64,000 bases of DNA. Source: an uncultured Gammaproteobacteria bacterium. Its GTDB lineage: Bacteria > Patescibacteriota > Microgenomatia > Levybacterales > GWA1-39-11. Every line of letters starts with the position of its first letter. Positions within the stretch are counted from its first letter, which is position 1. The stretch spans positions 191,378 to 255,377 of the forward strand of contig CAZEEU010000001.1 in the NCBI GenBank assembly GCA_964511305.1, given 5' to 3'. Position numbers and translations under genes: made by a program. Shown piece by piece: positions 44,769-54,199 of this stretch. Below the pieces are notes generated by a model. That model was not told the DNA's origin, did no database searches, and worked only from the letters and a program-made list of their open reading frames with translations.

Positions 44769-45098
44769 TTATTGAGGCTTAATAAGAAGATCAATCTGAT
44801 CTTTTTGATCTTGGCTTATTGTTGGAATCACATTTTGTATTAAGCTTCCCAAAGCTTCTGCAGAAACGCTAGCTAATTCCTGAGCATAACTCTCACTGCT
44901 TATTACTTTTTCTACCTCTGCAATGTCTTCGCTACCGCTAATTTTTTCTTGTACATCCCTAGGGAGTCTTTCTAATAGATTCAGTAATGCTTCTTGCCTA
45001 TTTAGATCTGAAAATCTATTCACAAATGCTTCTTTATCATTCTGGTAATCTATTATCTCAAGGATTTTAAGAAGAAGATCTCTGTCTGTTTGTTGCAT
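44769..45098 (-). CDS. Hypothetical protein
   Basis: 109-aa helical ORF in a minus-strand gene run. Confidence 0.65.
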   Translation of the reverse strand: MQQTDRDLLLKILEIIDYQNDKEAFVNRFSDLNRQEALLNLLERLPRDVQEKISGSEDIAEVEKVISSESYAQELASVSAEALGSLIQNVIPTISQDQKDQIDLLIKPQ

Positions 45099-45103
45099 AA
45101 TAA

Positions 45104-45373
45104 TTAACTTTTGAATCTCTTAAGAACATTGCCAACTATACCTAAATACCCTACACCTTCTAAGGCAGCTCCACCAACACCAACCGTTACACCAAGAGGT
45201 ACTGAGACCGGGTAAAGAGCTGCGGCGGCTAACCCTATGGCCGAACCTCCTACTAAGAACTTACTCCATTTGAATAAACGTTCATTGAGCATATCTCTTC
45301 TTGATGGTATTACAAGATCTGCAACATGAGTTGATGCTCCTTCCACTTTATGTACTTCCCCAACTTCAGACAT
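45104..45373 (-). CDS. Hypothetical Gly/Ala-rich membrane protein
   Basis: 89-aa ORF with a -10-like element before the ATG. Confidence 0.6.
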   Translation of the reverse strand: MSEVGEVHKVEGASTHVADLVIPSRRDMLNERLFKWSKFLVGGSAIGLAAAALYPVSVPLGVTVGVGGAALEGVGYLGIVGNVLKRFKS

Positions 45374-45387
45374 ATTATAAATATAAC

Positions 45388-46095
45388 CTATTTTTTCTCA
45401 AAGACTATCCAGTGATGATAACAATTGTATTCTTTTCCATTGAAAGTAGTCTTCTTAGGAAATCTTTCCTCTATAGCTATAGATAAACCTTTATACAAAT
45501 TCAGTAACTCTTCTCTGTCGTAAGTCTTTTCGAATTTTCCTGTTGGATGAACGAAAGCATTCTTTTCATCAACTGGCGACTTTCTGATCATTTCTTTATG
45601 AAATTCATCCTCGGTCGAAAGTACGTAGACAAGAATGAGTCCTTTTGGCTTTACTACTCGTATCATTTCAGAAATTGCAAAGTCTCTTCCTTCTTTTGAC
45701 TCAATATCGGTAGACGCAAAGCAATCGATAGCAAAGTCAAAAGAATCAGATTTAAAATCCCATGTAATTGTTGCGTCCTGCACGACAAAGTGGGCTTTGT
45801 CCGCTTGCGCCGCTCCTGCGCGTTTATTTGCTTCCTGGATAGCAAATGGCGAAAAATCAAAACCGGTCATCTCTACTCCCTGCTTGGCAATCCAGATAAC
45901 ACTTCTCCCTTTTCCGCATCCCATCTCAAGCCCCTTATGCAGATCACTAGTTCGATTCTCTTTTTTTACCCACTCCCAAAATTTAGTAACACCTGATGAA
46001 GGGGTTGATACATCCATTTGAAGAAGTACTGTGGGAGTTGAATGTTCTTTGTCCCAAATTTCTTGCTGCGATTGATGTGTAACTTGAATTTTCAT
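45388..46095 (-). CDS. Class I SAM-dependent methyltransferase
   Basis: LEMGCGKGR, GFDFS, FDFAID and RVVKPKG. Confidence 0.9.
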   Translation of the reverse strand: MKIQVTHQSQQEIWDKEHSTPTVLLQMDVSTPSSGVTKFWEWVKKENRTSDLHKGLEMGCGKGRSVIWIAKQGVEMTGFDFSPFAIQEANKRAGAAQADKAHFVVQDATITWDFKSDSFDFAIDCFASTDIESKEGRDFAISEMIRVVKPKGLILVYVLSTEDEFHKEMIRKSPVDEKNAFVHPTGKFEKTYDREELLNLYKGLSIAIEERFPKKTTFNGKEYNCYHHWIVFEKK

Positions 46096-46937
46096 CTTAG
46101 AAGAAGTACTCCAATCGTTACCAGAATTGCTGCTACCATTTTTCGTAGTAAGTTATCTCTCTCCTTCAGGATAATTACAGCAAGCAAGATTGTTATTATG
46201 ACTTGAGACTGACCAATTGGAGCAATTTGTGATGCAGGACCCTTCGCTAAGGCAAAGTAATACGCAATTGCTTGTGCAGAGGTGAATACCCCTAGTGTTA
46301 ACATTTTCTTAAGGAAGCTTTTGCTCTTAAGAACTTCCATTTTTAATATTGCTTTGGGAAAAATCATCAACAATATAATTCCAATAAGAATATTTATGAT
46401 GGCCAAGTATGAGAGGGGGTCTATGGATCTTAAATTTACCACGTCACATGCTATTGCTAGTCCATAAAAAAGCGCCATTCCAAATGTGTAATAGATTCCT
46501 TTATTGAATTTAATTCCACCCTTTAAATTTGTAACGATAAATATTGAGACCAATATAATAATTGTCCCAAGAAGCTTTTGCATACTAAAAGTTTCACCAA
46601 GAAAAAGAAGTGCTGCTGCAATTGTGACTAGGGATCTGACCGATGCAAGAATCGTAACTTCTGATGACTCAAGTAACTGTAGTGCCTTGAAAAAAAGCAC
46701 AGTTCCAAGTCCCCAAAGAATAGCGGCAATTGGAAAAAATATAATACTTAAACTTAAAACGGGAAAATGAAATCCAAAGAATAAAGCAATTATGAAATTT
46801 ATGATTCCTAAAAGAAAAGCAAAGATAATCGAATAGGAAATCGGATCACTTTTATCATCCTTCATTAGGGACTTCTGCAAAATATTGGCAAAAGAGACAA
46901 TAAAGGTACTTAGTAAAATAAGGACAAACCAACTCAT
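46092..46937 (-). CDS. EamA/DMT family transporter
   Basis: 10 TM in two repeats (LFLGE..., ILKE...); start MSWFV preferred. Confidence 0.88.
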   Translation of the reverse strand: MSWFVLILLSTFIVSFANILQKSLMKDDKSDPISYSIIFAFLLGIINFIIALFFGFHFPVLSLSIIFFPIAAILWGLGTVLFFKALQLLESSEVTILASVRSLVTIAAALLFLGETFSMQKLLGTIIILVSIFIVTNLKGGIKFNKGIYYTFGMALFYGLAIACDVVNLRSIDPLSYLAIINILIGIILLMIFPKAILKMEVLKSKSFLKKMLTLGVFTSAQAIAYYFALAKGPASQIAPIGQSQVIITILLAVIILKERDNLLRKMVAAILVTIGVLLLR

Positions 46938-46951
46938 GAAATAAGTATAAA

Positions 46952-47818
46952 TCAAGAAAGAGATTCTTGCGCAAATAATCTTTCCCAATATTTTGCCGCT
47001 TCGTCGTAGTCGATACCACATTCTTCAGCAGTTGGGTCAACACTTGTTTTATATCCTAATTTTTTTGTCCACTCTCTATCATGTTCAATATTTGAGAAAG
47101 AAAAGCCATGTTCGTATAAAAATTTATAGTATGACTTAAAGTCATCGTAAGTAATTTTTCCCATGACTGCACTCTTATCAACTTTGCCTAAATGTTTTAT
47201 CTCGCCCAAGGCCCCTTTACTCCATAATGAATAAAAAGGCTTTCCCTCTTCAACATCAGCAAGCACACGTCTTGCGACAATTTCAACCCACTGTGTACCT
47301 GTCACCATCTTATCGAAATACCTAGTCTGATAAGCTTCTTTAACTTCGTCATCTACCTCATCATAGGGAGTATCATTCACCATTCGGATCTCTCCAATAT
47401 CAAAACCCGTAACTAAAGTGTTTGGGTTATTCAAAATTGCTGGGTTGACCAACATAATATTTCGACCACTAGTCTTTTCGGGAAGTCCCCAATTAAAAAA
47501 GGTGTATTTGTGTAGTCCTAGACTTCTATCTAGCCCATGAGTATGGCCCCTATGTCCATCTGGCAATTCGCTAATTGGCAATAAATCCACACCATCAAGA
47601 TCATGGGGAGTTCCGTGAATAAGTGGAATTTGGAAAAGGGTTCCTTTAATTAAATCCACCCTTCTTTGCTGTTCTGGAGATAAAGGCTGCTGCATCTCAG
47701 GATATTTCGAAAAATTCTCAGCAATTCTTGCTGGCGTGACGTGCGTCGAAAGCTCTGGGGGAATTTGTATACCTAAGTCAACTGCAGGGAAACCAATAGA
47801 AACCTCAGAATGATCCAT
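46952..47818 (-). CDS. Hypothetical protein, possible ADP-ribosyltransferase (DarT-like) fold
   Basis: LIHGT, DRSLGLHKYTFF and GEIKHLGKV spaced like ART core motifs; the fold call is tentative. Confidence 0.5.
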   Translation of the reverse strand: MDHSEVSIGFPAVDLGIQIPPELSTHVTPARIAENFSKYPEMQQPLSPEQQRRVDLIKGTLFQIPLIHGTPHDLDGVDLLPISELPDGHRGHTHGLDRSLGLHKYTFFNWGLPEKTSGRNIMLVNPAILNNPNTLVTGFDIGEIRMVNDTPYDEVDDEVKEAYQTRYFDKMVTGTQWVEIVARRVLADVEEGKPFYSLWSKGALGEIKHLGKVDKSAVMGKITYDDFKSYYKFLYEHGFSFSNIEHDREWTKKLGYKTSVDPTAEECGIDYDEAAKYWERLFAQESLS

Positions 47819-48034
47819 TGAAAAATTATACTACTATTGAACTCTCTAGTGCTCCAACTACTGCTATTTGTGAGCTATGACACTGCCATTTAAAGTTTTA
47901 TATTAGATACCAAAGCTAAAAATGCAAGAAGGATTAGTAGAACACCTTGCTTAACTAATCTCTGATACTGGTTTTTGTATTAAAGCAAAAACCAGAAACG
48001 CAGATTACTTTTATGAGATAAAAGCAAGATTCGC

Positions 48035-48601
48035 TTACTTAATATTAGAAAGTAATTCATCCATTTGTCCCCCATTCCATTTCGTTATTTCTTTCCCTGC
48101 ACCATCTATTTGAACAAATGTATGCTGATATGTGACGGTATATTTTTTCGCTAAATCTTTTTCTTCTTGATCTGTGTCTGGATCACTGTAATTAACTCGA
48201 ATCAGCGTTACATCTTCAGGAATTTTATCTATATTCTGTGTAAAGCTTACGTCAGCAGGCCTGCACGTAGGACACCAAGATGCATAGAAGAATAATACTC
48301 GGCGACTGCTTGATGCGTTATCAAGAGCTGACTTACTGTAATGGACATATCGAGAATCAGCCATTTTATTTGCCGTAGTGCTCTTTTCTTCATCCATCAT
48401 TTTTTCACCTTCCTTAGCCATTTCATCTTTTTTCATCATTGCATCCTTTGGCTCCATGGATGTCTCTTCTTTCACAATCCTTGTGTCATCTTTTTTCATC
48501 ATAGATTGAGATTTTGAAGAATTTTGAGAGAAAGCGTATGCACCAAAGCCAATAATGGCGATGGCTACAATAATGGCAACTATTATTATTGGATTTTTCA
48601 T
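48035..48601 (-). CDS. Membrane-anchored thioredoxin-family protein with Met/Lys-rich linker
   Basis: LFFYASWCPTC, YTVTYQHTFVQ; RBS GGAGGTG. Confidence 0.88.
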   Translation of the reverse strand: MKNPIIIVAIIVAIAIIGFGAYAFSQNSSKSQSMMKKDDTRIVKEETSMEPKDAMMKKDEMAKEGEKMMDEEKSTTANKMADSRYVHYSKSALDNASSSRRVLFFYASWCPTCRPADVSFTQNIDKIPEDVTLIRVNYSDPDTDQEEKDLAKKYTVTYQHTFVQIDGAGKEITKWNGGQMDELLSNIK

Positions 48602-48687
48602 TTATTTAATTCACCTCCAATCTTTATATGCAATCATCGTAGTAAATCGGGATAAAAATGTCAAGTCTCCTTTACATTATACAAAGC

Positions 48688-48733
48688 AGAATGCAAGATT
48701 TCTTACATTGTAGAATGCAAGATTTCTTACATT
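48688..48733. repeat. 22-bp tandem repeat with a palindromic core (related copy at 48657-48678)
   Basis: AGAATGCAAGATTTCTTACATT at 48688 and 48712. Confidence 0.8.
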
Positions 48734-49080
48734 TTAAAGTGGGAATAGATTCTGGAAAGAAGCTTTGAGAAAACCATCGCGCAAAGGGCAATAACAAGCC
48801 ACGGATCTATTTCATGCTTTAATGCTTGAAGAATAATTCCAATTATCAGAACTCCAACGCCAACAAGATATGAGATCCTTCCAGCAGTAAGTATATGTAT
48901 AGCATCTCTCTCATCTGAGGACTTTTCCCGAAGGAGATATGCTGCAAATGTTAAAAACGAAACTATAAGAGCAACAATCAACATCGACACTATTGTGTCA
49001 GGCATCGCCAGATGACCTGGATTTAAGAATAGAATTACTATTCCAAGTATTAGTGTTGCGCTGATTGTTTCGATAATCAT
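48727..49080 (-). CDS. Membrane protein (DUF2178-like)
   Basis: 4 TM, DERDAIH...AGRISY; follows the XRE gene. Confidence 0.7.
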   Translation of the reverse strand: MIIETISATLILGIVILFLNPGHLAMPDTIVSMLIVALIVSFLTFAAYLLREKSSDERDAIHILTAGRISYLVGVGVLIIGIILQALKHEIDPWLVIALCAMVFSKLLSRIYSHFKM

Positions 49081-49112
49081 ATATATTTCTATATTGTATA
49101 GGATGATTGCAA

Positions 49113-49313
49113 TTACATCACAAACAATTTCTCAACAGTCGTATTAAAATACTTTGCAATTTTTAGAGCAAGCAATACTGACGGAGTATAATTACCCTTT
49201 TCAATTGCAATAATTGTCTGTCGAGTTACTCCAACAGCCTTCCCAAGCTCCTCTTGGGTAACTTTGTTTTTAGTGCGATAATCCTGAACATAATTACTAA
49301 CATGTTGATTCAT
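49113..49313 (-). CDS. XRE-family HTH transcriptional regulator
   Basis: [35 protein letters not shown]. Confidence 0.93.
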   Translation of the reverse strand: MNQHVSNYVQDYRTKNKVTQEELGKAVGVTRQTIIAIEKGNYTPSVLLALKIAKYFNTTVEKLFVM

Positions 49314-49466
49314 GATATCGGTATTTTACATGATTTAACATTCTTAACATAATTCCCTTTATCTTCAATGAGGGTTTTTATTTCGAGGAAGAAAGAAGGC
49401 GCTTGTGTCGTTCAAATTTTAAAACAAAAATTCATTCTTATTCTTTACTCAAAAAGAAAGCATATC

Positions 49467-50090
49467 TCATTCGTTCATGAGCACTCTTTCTTCTCCGACA
49501 ACAAATACTTTTTTATCATCCACAATGATTTCTTCCCCATTTTTTAACATATACAATTTCTTGCCCTTATACCAGCTTTTTATATCATCCTGTTGCCCTT
49601 CTTCAAAATGAGGATATATATCAAAATCTACTAACCCTAACCCAGGTATAAAATGTGCGCCAAACTCTTGATCAGATGGATACCATTCTGAGACGTCCAG
49701 AGTTTTTGCCGTTACCATGCTACCGGCACTAGAACCAACATATAAAGTTCCGCTATCAAGAACTTGAGGTAATACAACATCCATCTTCCTTCTTCTCATC
49801 CAATACATTAAATAACCACAAAGGCCCCCTGCCACCCAAATAATGTCTTGATTTTGAAGTTTCTCTCTGGTTACTTCGGGTGAATAATCCTCTAATTGAA
49901 GTAGTGTTATTTGGGCATTTAGAGTTTGGACTAAATTCCAAGAGCCTCCATCCCTCCAAGATCCCCAAGCTTCTCCATTTGCAGCGGTGGGAATGTATGC
50001 AATTCTCTTATCTCGTAATCCGCCAACATGTGAATCCAATTTTTTAATTGTCTGGGGATTTTTTGCTTCTGAAGCAAGGAACAACTTCAT
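49467..50090 (-). CDS. Peptidase E (S51) family protein
   Basis: YIPTAA, IWVAGG, YVGSSAGS, GLGLV and PH. Confidence 0.9.
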   Translation of the reverse strand: MKLFLASEAKNPQTIKKLDSHVGGLRDKRIAYIPTAANGEAWGSWRDGGSWNLVQTLNAQITLLQLEDYSPEVTREKLQNQDIIWVAGGLCGYLMYWMRRRKMDVVLPQVLDSGTLYVGSSAGSMVTAKTLDVSEWYPSDQEFGAHFIPGLGLVDFDIYPHFEEGQQDDIKSWYKGKKLYMLKNGEEIIVDDKKVFVVGEERVLMNE

Positions 50091-50421
50091 GAAGTAAGTA
50101 TATCAAATGTCAAGGCCTTTGCTGAAAATGTTGGACGATTTTAGGACTTTTGATTGGCAATCTGTATCTCAATACTTTGTTACTTTTTAAACGAGCTGGT
50201 CACTTGCAAAATCCAAACTCTCGTTTCTATCCCTAACTCTTCTGCCTGTGTCGGTTTTAGAAATAAGCTATTTTGTACACAGATTGCATCACCGCATTAA
50301 CTTTGTACAACATGGCAATATATTCATAAGCTCTTACTCCAGTGATACGCTGTAGCATAAATCTTACTTGCAGAACTGCAAAAAAATAGTAAGATGTTAT
50401 ATTAGAATTTATTCCATTTGA

Positions 50422-50886
50422 ATGGTAATGCAAGAACGTGAACCAGTAAAAGAAACTGTCGGAATGCGTTACTATCATGGTGATACACTCGAGAATTTTC
50501 TTCTAACAGCTTCTGTGGATACAGAATCTGTCACCGTTAACAAATCTAGGCATCCCACACAAAGGTTTGAAGAAGTATTTTCTGAAAAAGGTAGTATTGA
50601 ATTTCCAATTGTCAAAGCTATCGATAAGGCGATTAGGTTGGGCCATATCCCAATTGTATTACAAACAAATCTGTCTTCCTGTAGGAGCGATTTAACGAGA
50701 TTTCCAGATCACTGGTTTTCTCTTCCTGCTAGCATCTCATTTCCCGTTCAGGCAGTTTTGATTCCTAACACGGATTTTGACATTGATTGCGTTGACATTT
50801 CAATATTAGGATGGGATCAAAATAAAGATAGGGTGATGAGACAATTTGTACTGGCAAACCCAAAAGAGTTACTAGTAGTTGCATAA
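50422..50886 (+). CDS. Hypothetical protein
   Basis: 154-aa ORF with no recognised family. Confidence 0.5.
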   Translation: MVMQEREPVKETVGMRYYHGDTLENFLLTASVDTESVTVNKSRHPTQRFEEVFSEKGSIEFPIVKAIDKAIRLGHIPIVLQTNLSSCRSDLTRFPDHWFSLPASISFPVQAVLIPNTDFDIDCVDISILGWDQNKDRVMRQFVLANPKELLVVA

Positions 50887-50933
50887 TCTATTTTATATAA
50901 AGGGTGTACCGAAATATACTAGCTATTTTATTC

Positions 50934-50986
50934 CCATAGTTGAAGAGGATGGAGTTGCCGAAGTTATTAAAAAATTTCTTTTATAA
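50934..50986 (+). pseudogene. C-terminal remnant of a Cof-type HAD hydrolase
   Basis: Orphan fragment ..IVEEDGVAEVIKKFLL*. Confidence 0.4.
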
Positions 50987-50990
50987 AACC

Positions 50991-51284
50991 TTGCTGGCGA
51001 TCAGGGATTCCTGCCTAGACTTGAAGTCTTTGGCAAGGAGAGTGAACCCCAATACCGTCCTCGTAGCGCGACGTGTCCTCCAACTCCGAAGGAGTTGAGC
51101 GCTCATTAGACAAATCCTCGTCTAAGACAAAAGCATTTGTCTCTAGACGAATCTATTAGGAGTTTTGCTGGCGATCAGGGATTTGTTCAATTCTGAAGGA
51201 ATTGTGTGCAACAAAGCAATACCGTCCTCGTAGCGCGAAGTGTCCTCCAACTCCGAAGGAGTTGAGCTTACATTAGACGAATCG
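50991..51284 (-). repeat. Two degenerate tRNA-Gln-like copies with hairpin insertions (50991-51153 and 51165-51284)
   Basis: Blocks TTGCTG..CAGGGATT, CAATACC.TCCTC, GTGTCCT and CATTAGAC are collinear with the adjacent tRNA and interrupted by stem-loops. Confidence 0.8.
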
Positions 51285-51297
51285 ATTGAGGGCTTTG

Positions 51298-51368
51298 CTG
51301 TCGTGCAGGGATTTGAACCCCAATACCATCCTCCAGAGGGACGTGTCCTACCATTAGACGACACGACA
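51298..51368 (-). tRNA. tRNA-Gln (anticodon CTG), CCA not encoded
   Basis: TGTCGTG/CACGACA acceptor stem, CGTCC-CT-CTG-GA-GGATG anticodon arm, GGTTCAAATCC T loop. Confidence 0.93.
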
Positions 51369-51462
51369 ACAAAACCTTCAATTATTTACTTGATTCACTT
51401 TTTGAAGCTCTTTATTTTACTAAATTGAGGTATAAATAACCACACCTGATATAATTTGAGAT

Positions 51463-52041
51463 ATGGCCGTTAAAAAACTTACTCAGGTTGGGGATAACGT
51501 ACTGCGCTTGGACAATTTAGAAATAAACGATTTTGCCTTTCCTGCAATAAAGAAGGTAATAAAAGATTTAAAAGATACTATGTACCATACAGGGCTTGTA
51601 GGCATTGCAGCCCCCCAGATTGGCCAAAATCTGCAAATTTTCCTGACACACCCTCGCAACACAAAATCACGAAAGCTATTTAAAGAAGACGCACTACGTA
51701 TATTTATCAATCCAAAAATTACAAGATCATCTAAAGAACGTTCAACTATATATGAAGGGTGTGGGAGTGTAGCTGATGGTGAGTTATTCGGACCAGTAGC
51801 AAGATCTGCCGAAATCACTATAGAAGCATGCAATGCAGAAGGAAAGATATTTTCTCTTAATTGCGATGGGCTGCTTGCAAGAGTTATTCAACATGAGATA
51901 GATCATTTAAATGGAATTGAATTTATTCAGAAAGTCTCAGACTACTCAAAAGTGATTTCTGGAAAAATCTATAGACAATCTATTAGAAATTCAAAAGAAC
52001 AATTGGAGGCTTTAAAGATTACAAAACTTATAGTCGAATAA
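51463..52041 (+). CDS. def: Peptide deformylase
   Basis: VGIAAPQIG, EGCGS and QHEIDHLNG. Confidence 0.92.
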   Translation: MAVKKLTQVGDNVLRLDNLEINDFAFPAIKKVIKDLKDTMYHTGLVGIAAPQIGQNLQIFLTHPRNTKSRKLFKEDALRIFINPKITRSSKERSTIYEGCGSVADGELFGPVARSAEITIEACNAEGKIFSLNCDGLLARVIQHEIDHLNGIEFIQKVSDYSKVISGKIYRQSIRNSKEQLEALKITKLIVE

Positions 52042-52042
52042 G

Positions 52043-52963
52043 CTACTTCCTCTCTCTATATCCAGGAAGGTTTTTTACAAAAGGTATTTGCTGAACAGAA
52101 TCTATCCGATATAAAGTGTCATAAACACCTTCTACATCTTTAATCTTTATGAATGGAGAACGCCTTTTACCATTACGGTTATCTTGCCTGACGTCACCGA
52201 TAGATCTATCAAAACAAAGACTAAAAAATGTTTGAATTCTTCTTAGAAGCGCCTCGTCTGGATGGCAAAGCCTACCGTCTTTATCAATTCCTTTTGAGTG
52301 CATGACTCCGAGTAAAAATGGTGCGAGCCGCCAGGGATTTTGAAGCATTGCATCCGTAGGATTAGGATCTATAAGAAAATCGAATTTCGGACTAGGCAAA
52401 AAGAATTCAACTCTATTTGATGTTGCTGTTGTTTCTGCATAAGAACCATAGGTATCTGCCAGATACTTCCTAACGTCTTCATTTTCACTATCACATCTAA
52501 CAGTTACGTTGTCCCTCTCAAAACGCGATCCTCTCTTCCCAGGATACTTCCCTTTTGCCATGCCCATAAAATATGCTCTCTCACCCGGTATCAACTCCTT
52601 TTCTTTTTTTTCAGCTGCAACAGCAGGAGACTCTACTATTATTTCAGGAGTTGGTAATTCCGCAGGTATCGTAGATGGAATAACAGTTAAAGGTTCCGCT
52701 GCTTTTAGTTCTTTTGGTTGACAGACTATGGGGTTTGCAGCTTCAGCTATGAGACTATTAACACGGTCAACGCTATATCCAAAAAAACCTGCTAAAAACT
52801 CAGGAGTATTTGAGGGGCTTCCATCTTTATTCCTCTGTCCTGAGAGCATAACAAGAAGCCTATCGTGGTTTGCCACCATTTGATCAGGAGTCGGGAATTT
52901 CGTTTCAACTGCATATACATCCGGCTGGGGTGTTTGCTGGAAACCAAACTCAGTATTTGCCAT
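52043..52963 (-). CDS. Hypothetical protein, degenerate two-motif LAGLIDADG-like
   Basis: ERAYFMGMAKGK and APFLLGVMHSKG resemble LAGLIDADG helices but lack the acidic residues; tentative. Confidence 0.45.
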   Translation of the reverse strand: MANTEFGFQQTPQPDVYAVETKFPTPDQMVANHDRLLVMLSGQRNKDGSPSNTPEFLAGFFGYSVDRVNSLIAEAANPIVCQPKELKAAEPLTVIPSTIPAELPTPEIIVESPAVAAEKKEKELIPGERAYFMGMAKGKYPGKRGSRFERDNVTVRCDSENEDVRKYLADTYGSYAETTATSNRVEFFLPSPKFDFLIDPNPTDAMLQNPWRLAPFLLGVMHSKGIDKDGRLCHPDEALLRRIQTFFSLCFDRSIGDVRQDNRNGKRRSPFIKIKDVEGVYDTLYRIDSVQQIPFVKNLPGYRERK

Positions 52964-53010
52964 GAAGAGATGTTATTCCTCAAAAAAGCCCATGTCAACA
53001 ATGAAAATTG

Positions 53011-53256
53011 CTATGCAAGCTTTTTTACATTTCCCCTTTTTTTATGGTTAGTCAATTTGGAAACCTGGTCGATAGCAGTATCGACCATGGCGTTTCCAAC
53101 AGAGGATACAATTTTTCCCGGATTGGAAAGTACTTTAAAAATATCATTTATCCTAGACTTTATATAAAAAGTAAGAATAACTAATGCCAAGAAAAGTAAT
53201 GTCAACGAAGACATAGCAATTATAGCTACTAAATAGAAAGTGTCCTGCAGTGACAT
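53011..53256 (-). CDS. Small single-TM protein
   Basis: MSLQDTFYLVAII...; operonic with the upstream gene. Confidence 0.65.
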   Translation of the reverse strand: MSLQDTFYLVAIIAMSSLTLLFLALVILTFYIKSRINDIFKVLSNPGKIVSSVGNAMVDTAIDQVSKLTNHKKRGNVKKLA

Positions 53257-53257
53257 A

Positions 53258-53566
53258 TTATTTATGTGTCGCCTTTTTACCCTGGCTTTGCACTTTTTTA
53301 GCAACTGACTTTACATTGCTATTTTTACTTGCCTTGCTTACTGCATCTTGAGCTACTTTCTTTACCTCTTCCATTCCTTTTTTTGTATCAACAGATTTCA
53401 TATAATTCTCTGCTTGCTCTTTTACAGCATGTACAACCTTCTCAAGAGTCTTTCTTGTTTTTGCATCATTTGCAGCAGCTCCTGCTGCCATTCCTATTCC
53501 TGCACCAACAACGGCACCTGCGGCGCCACTAACGATAGGGTTAATTTTATGTGTTTTGCTATTCAA
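53258..53566 (-). CDS. YtxH-like small protein (Gly/Ala anchor plus Lys-rich helix)
   Basis: GAAGAVVGAGIGMAAG; RBS GAGGTG before TTG. Confidence 0.65.
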   Translation of the reverse strand: MNSKTHKINPIVSGAAGAVVGAGIGMAAGAAANDAKTRKTLEKVVHAVKEQAENYMKSVDTKKGMEEVKKVAQDAVSKASKNSNVKSVAKKVQSQGKKATHK

Positions 53567-53675
53567 TTATAATCACCTCTTTTCTCAACTTAATAAATAC
53601 ATTATGGATGCGTAGCATGTGGTCGTTGTATGTACTATGAAAGAGAAGAGTAATAAGGTCTGATATACTAACTCT

Positions 53676-54197
53676 ATGAAGAGGATTCTTCCCGTTGTAC
53701 TATTTGCATTGGCAATTATATTTCTACTCATATTCTCAAGGCAAAAACCAAGTACTGCTCAAAGGGAACCTGCTACCCAAAAAATCATTTCCGGTTCTTT
53801 TGACAAAACTAAATTTAAAACGGATGCAGACTGGAAAAAAATACTTACTCCCCAGCAATACAATATTTTGCGAGAAGAAGGAACCGAAACTCCATTTACA
53901 GGATCTCTTCTTCATGAAGAAAGAAAGGGTACATTTTATAGTGTCGGCTGTAAAGAACCAGTATTTAGATCTGAGGCTAAATATGACAGTAAGACGGGTT
54001 GGCCGAGCTTCTGGGAGCCAATATCAAAAGATGCAATCGTTCTTAAATCTGATACAACCCTTGGTGTTGAGAGAGTCGAAGTCTTGGATAAATGCGGCGG
54101 ACACTTAGGACATGTATTCGACGATGGACCAGAGCCAACAGGCAAAAGATATTGTATGAATTCAGCAGCTCTCTACTTTGTCCCAGATAAAAAATAA
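53676..54197 (+). CDS. msrB: Peptide-methionine (R)-S-oxide reductase with N-terminal anchor
   Basis: LREEGTE.PF, KYDSKTGWPSF, HLGHVFDDGP.PTGKRYCMNS. Confidence 0.95.
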   Translation: MKRILPVVLFALAIIFLLIFSRQKPSTAQREPATQKIISGSFDKTKFKTDADWKKILTPQQYNILREEGTETPFTGSLLHEERKGTFYSVGCKEPVFRSEAKYDSKTGWPSFWEPISKDAIVLKSDTTLGVERVEVLDKCGGHLGHVFDDGPEPTGKRYCMNSAALYFVPDKK

Positions 54198-54199
54198 CC

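Noticed and set aside
47830-47945. Possible ccdA/dipZ remnant downstream of the thioredoxin gene
   Set aside because: Only a short hydrophobic stretch with no diagnostic motif.
50128-50175. Fragment LDDFRTFDWQ, reminiscent of recombinase C-terminal tails or att scars
   Set aside because: Too short to support, and no recombinase ORF is nearby.
51055-51075. CTA in the anticodon region of the tRNA-like copies, suggesting an amber suppressor or recoding
   Set aside because: The loop has the wrong size, lacks U33, and the D and T arms are disrupted; TAG is used as a normal stop in this window (for example lon and the GH1 gene).
51143-51428. Two short ORFs (51143..51364 minus, 51240..51428 plus)
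   Set aside because: They are translations of tRNA-Gln and its derived repeats.
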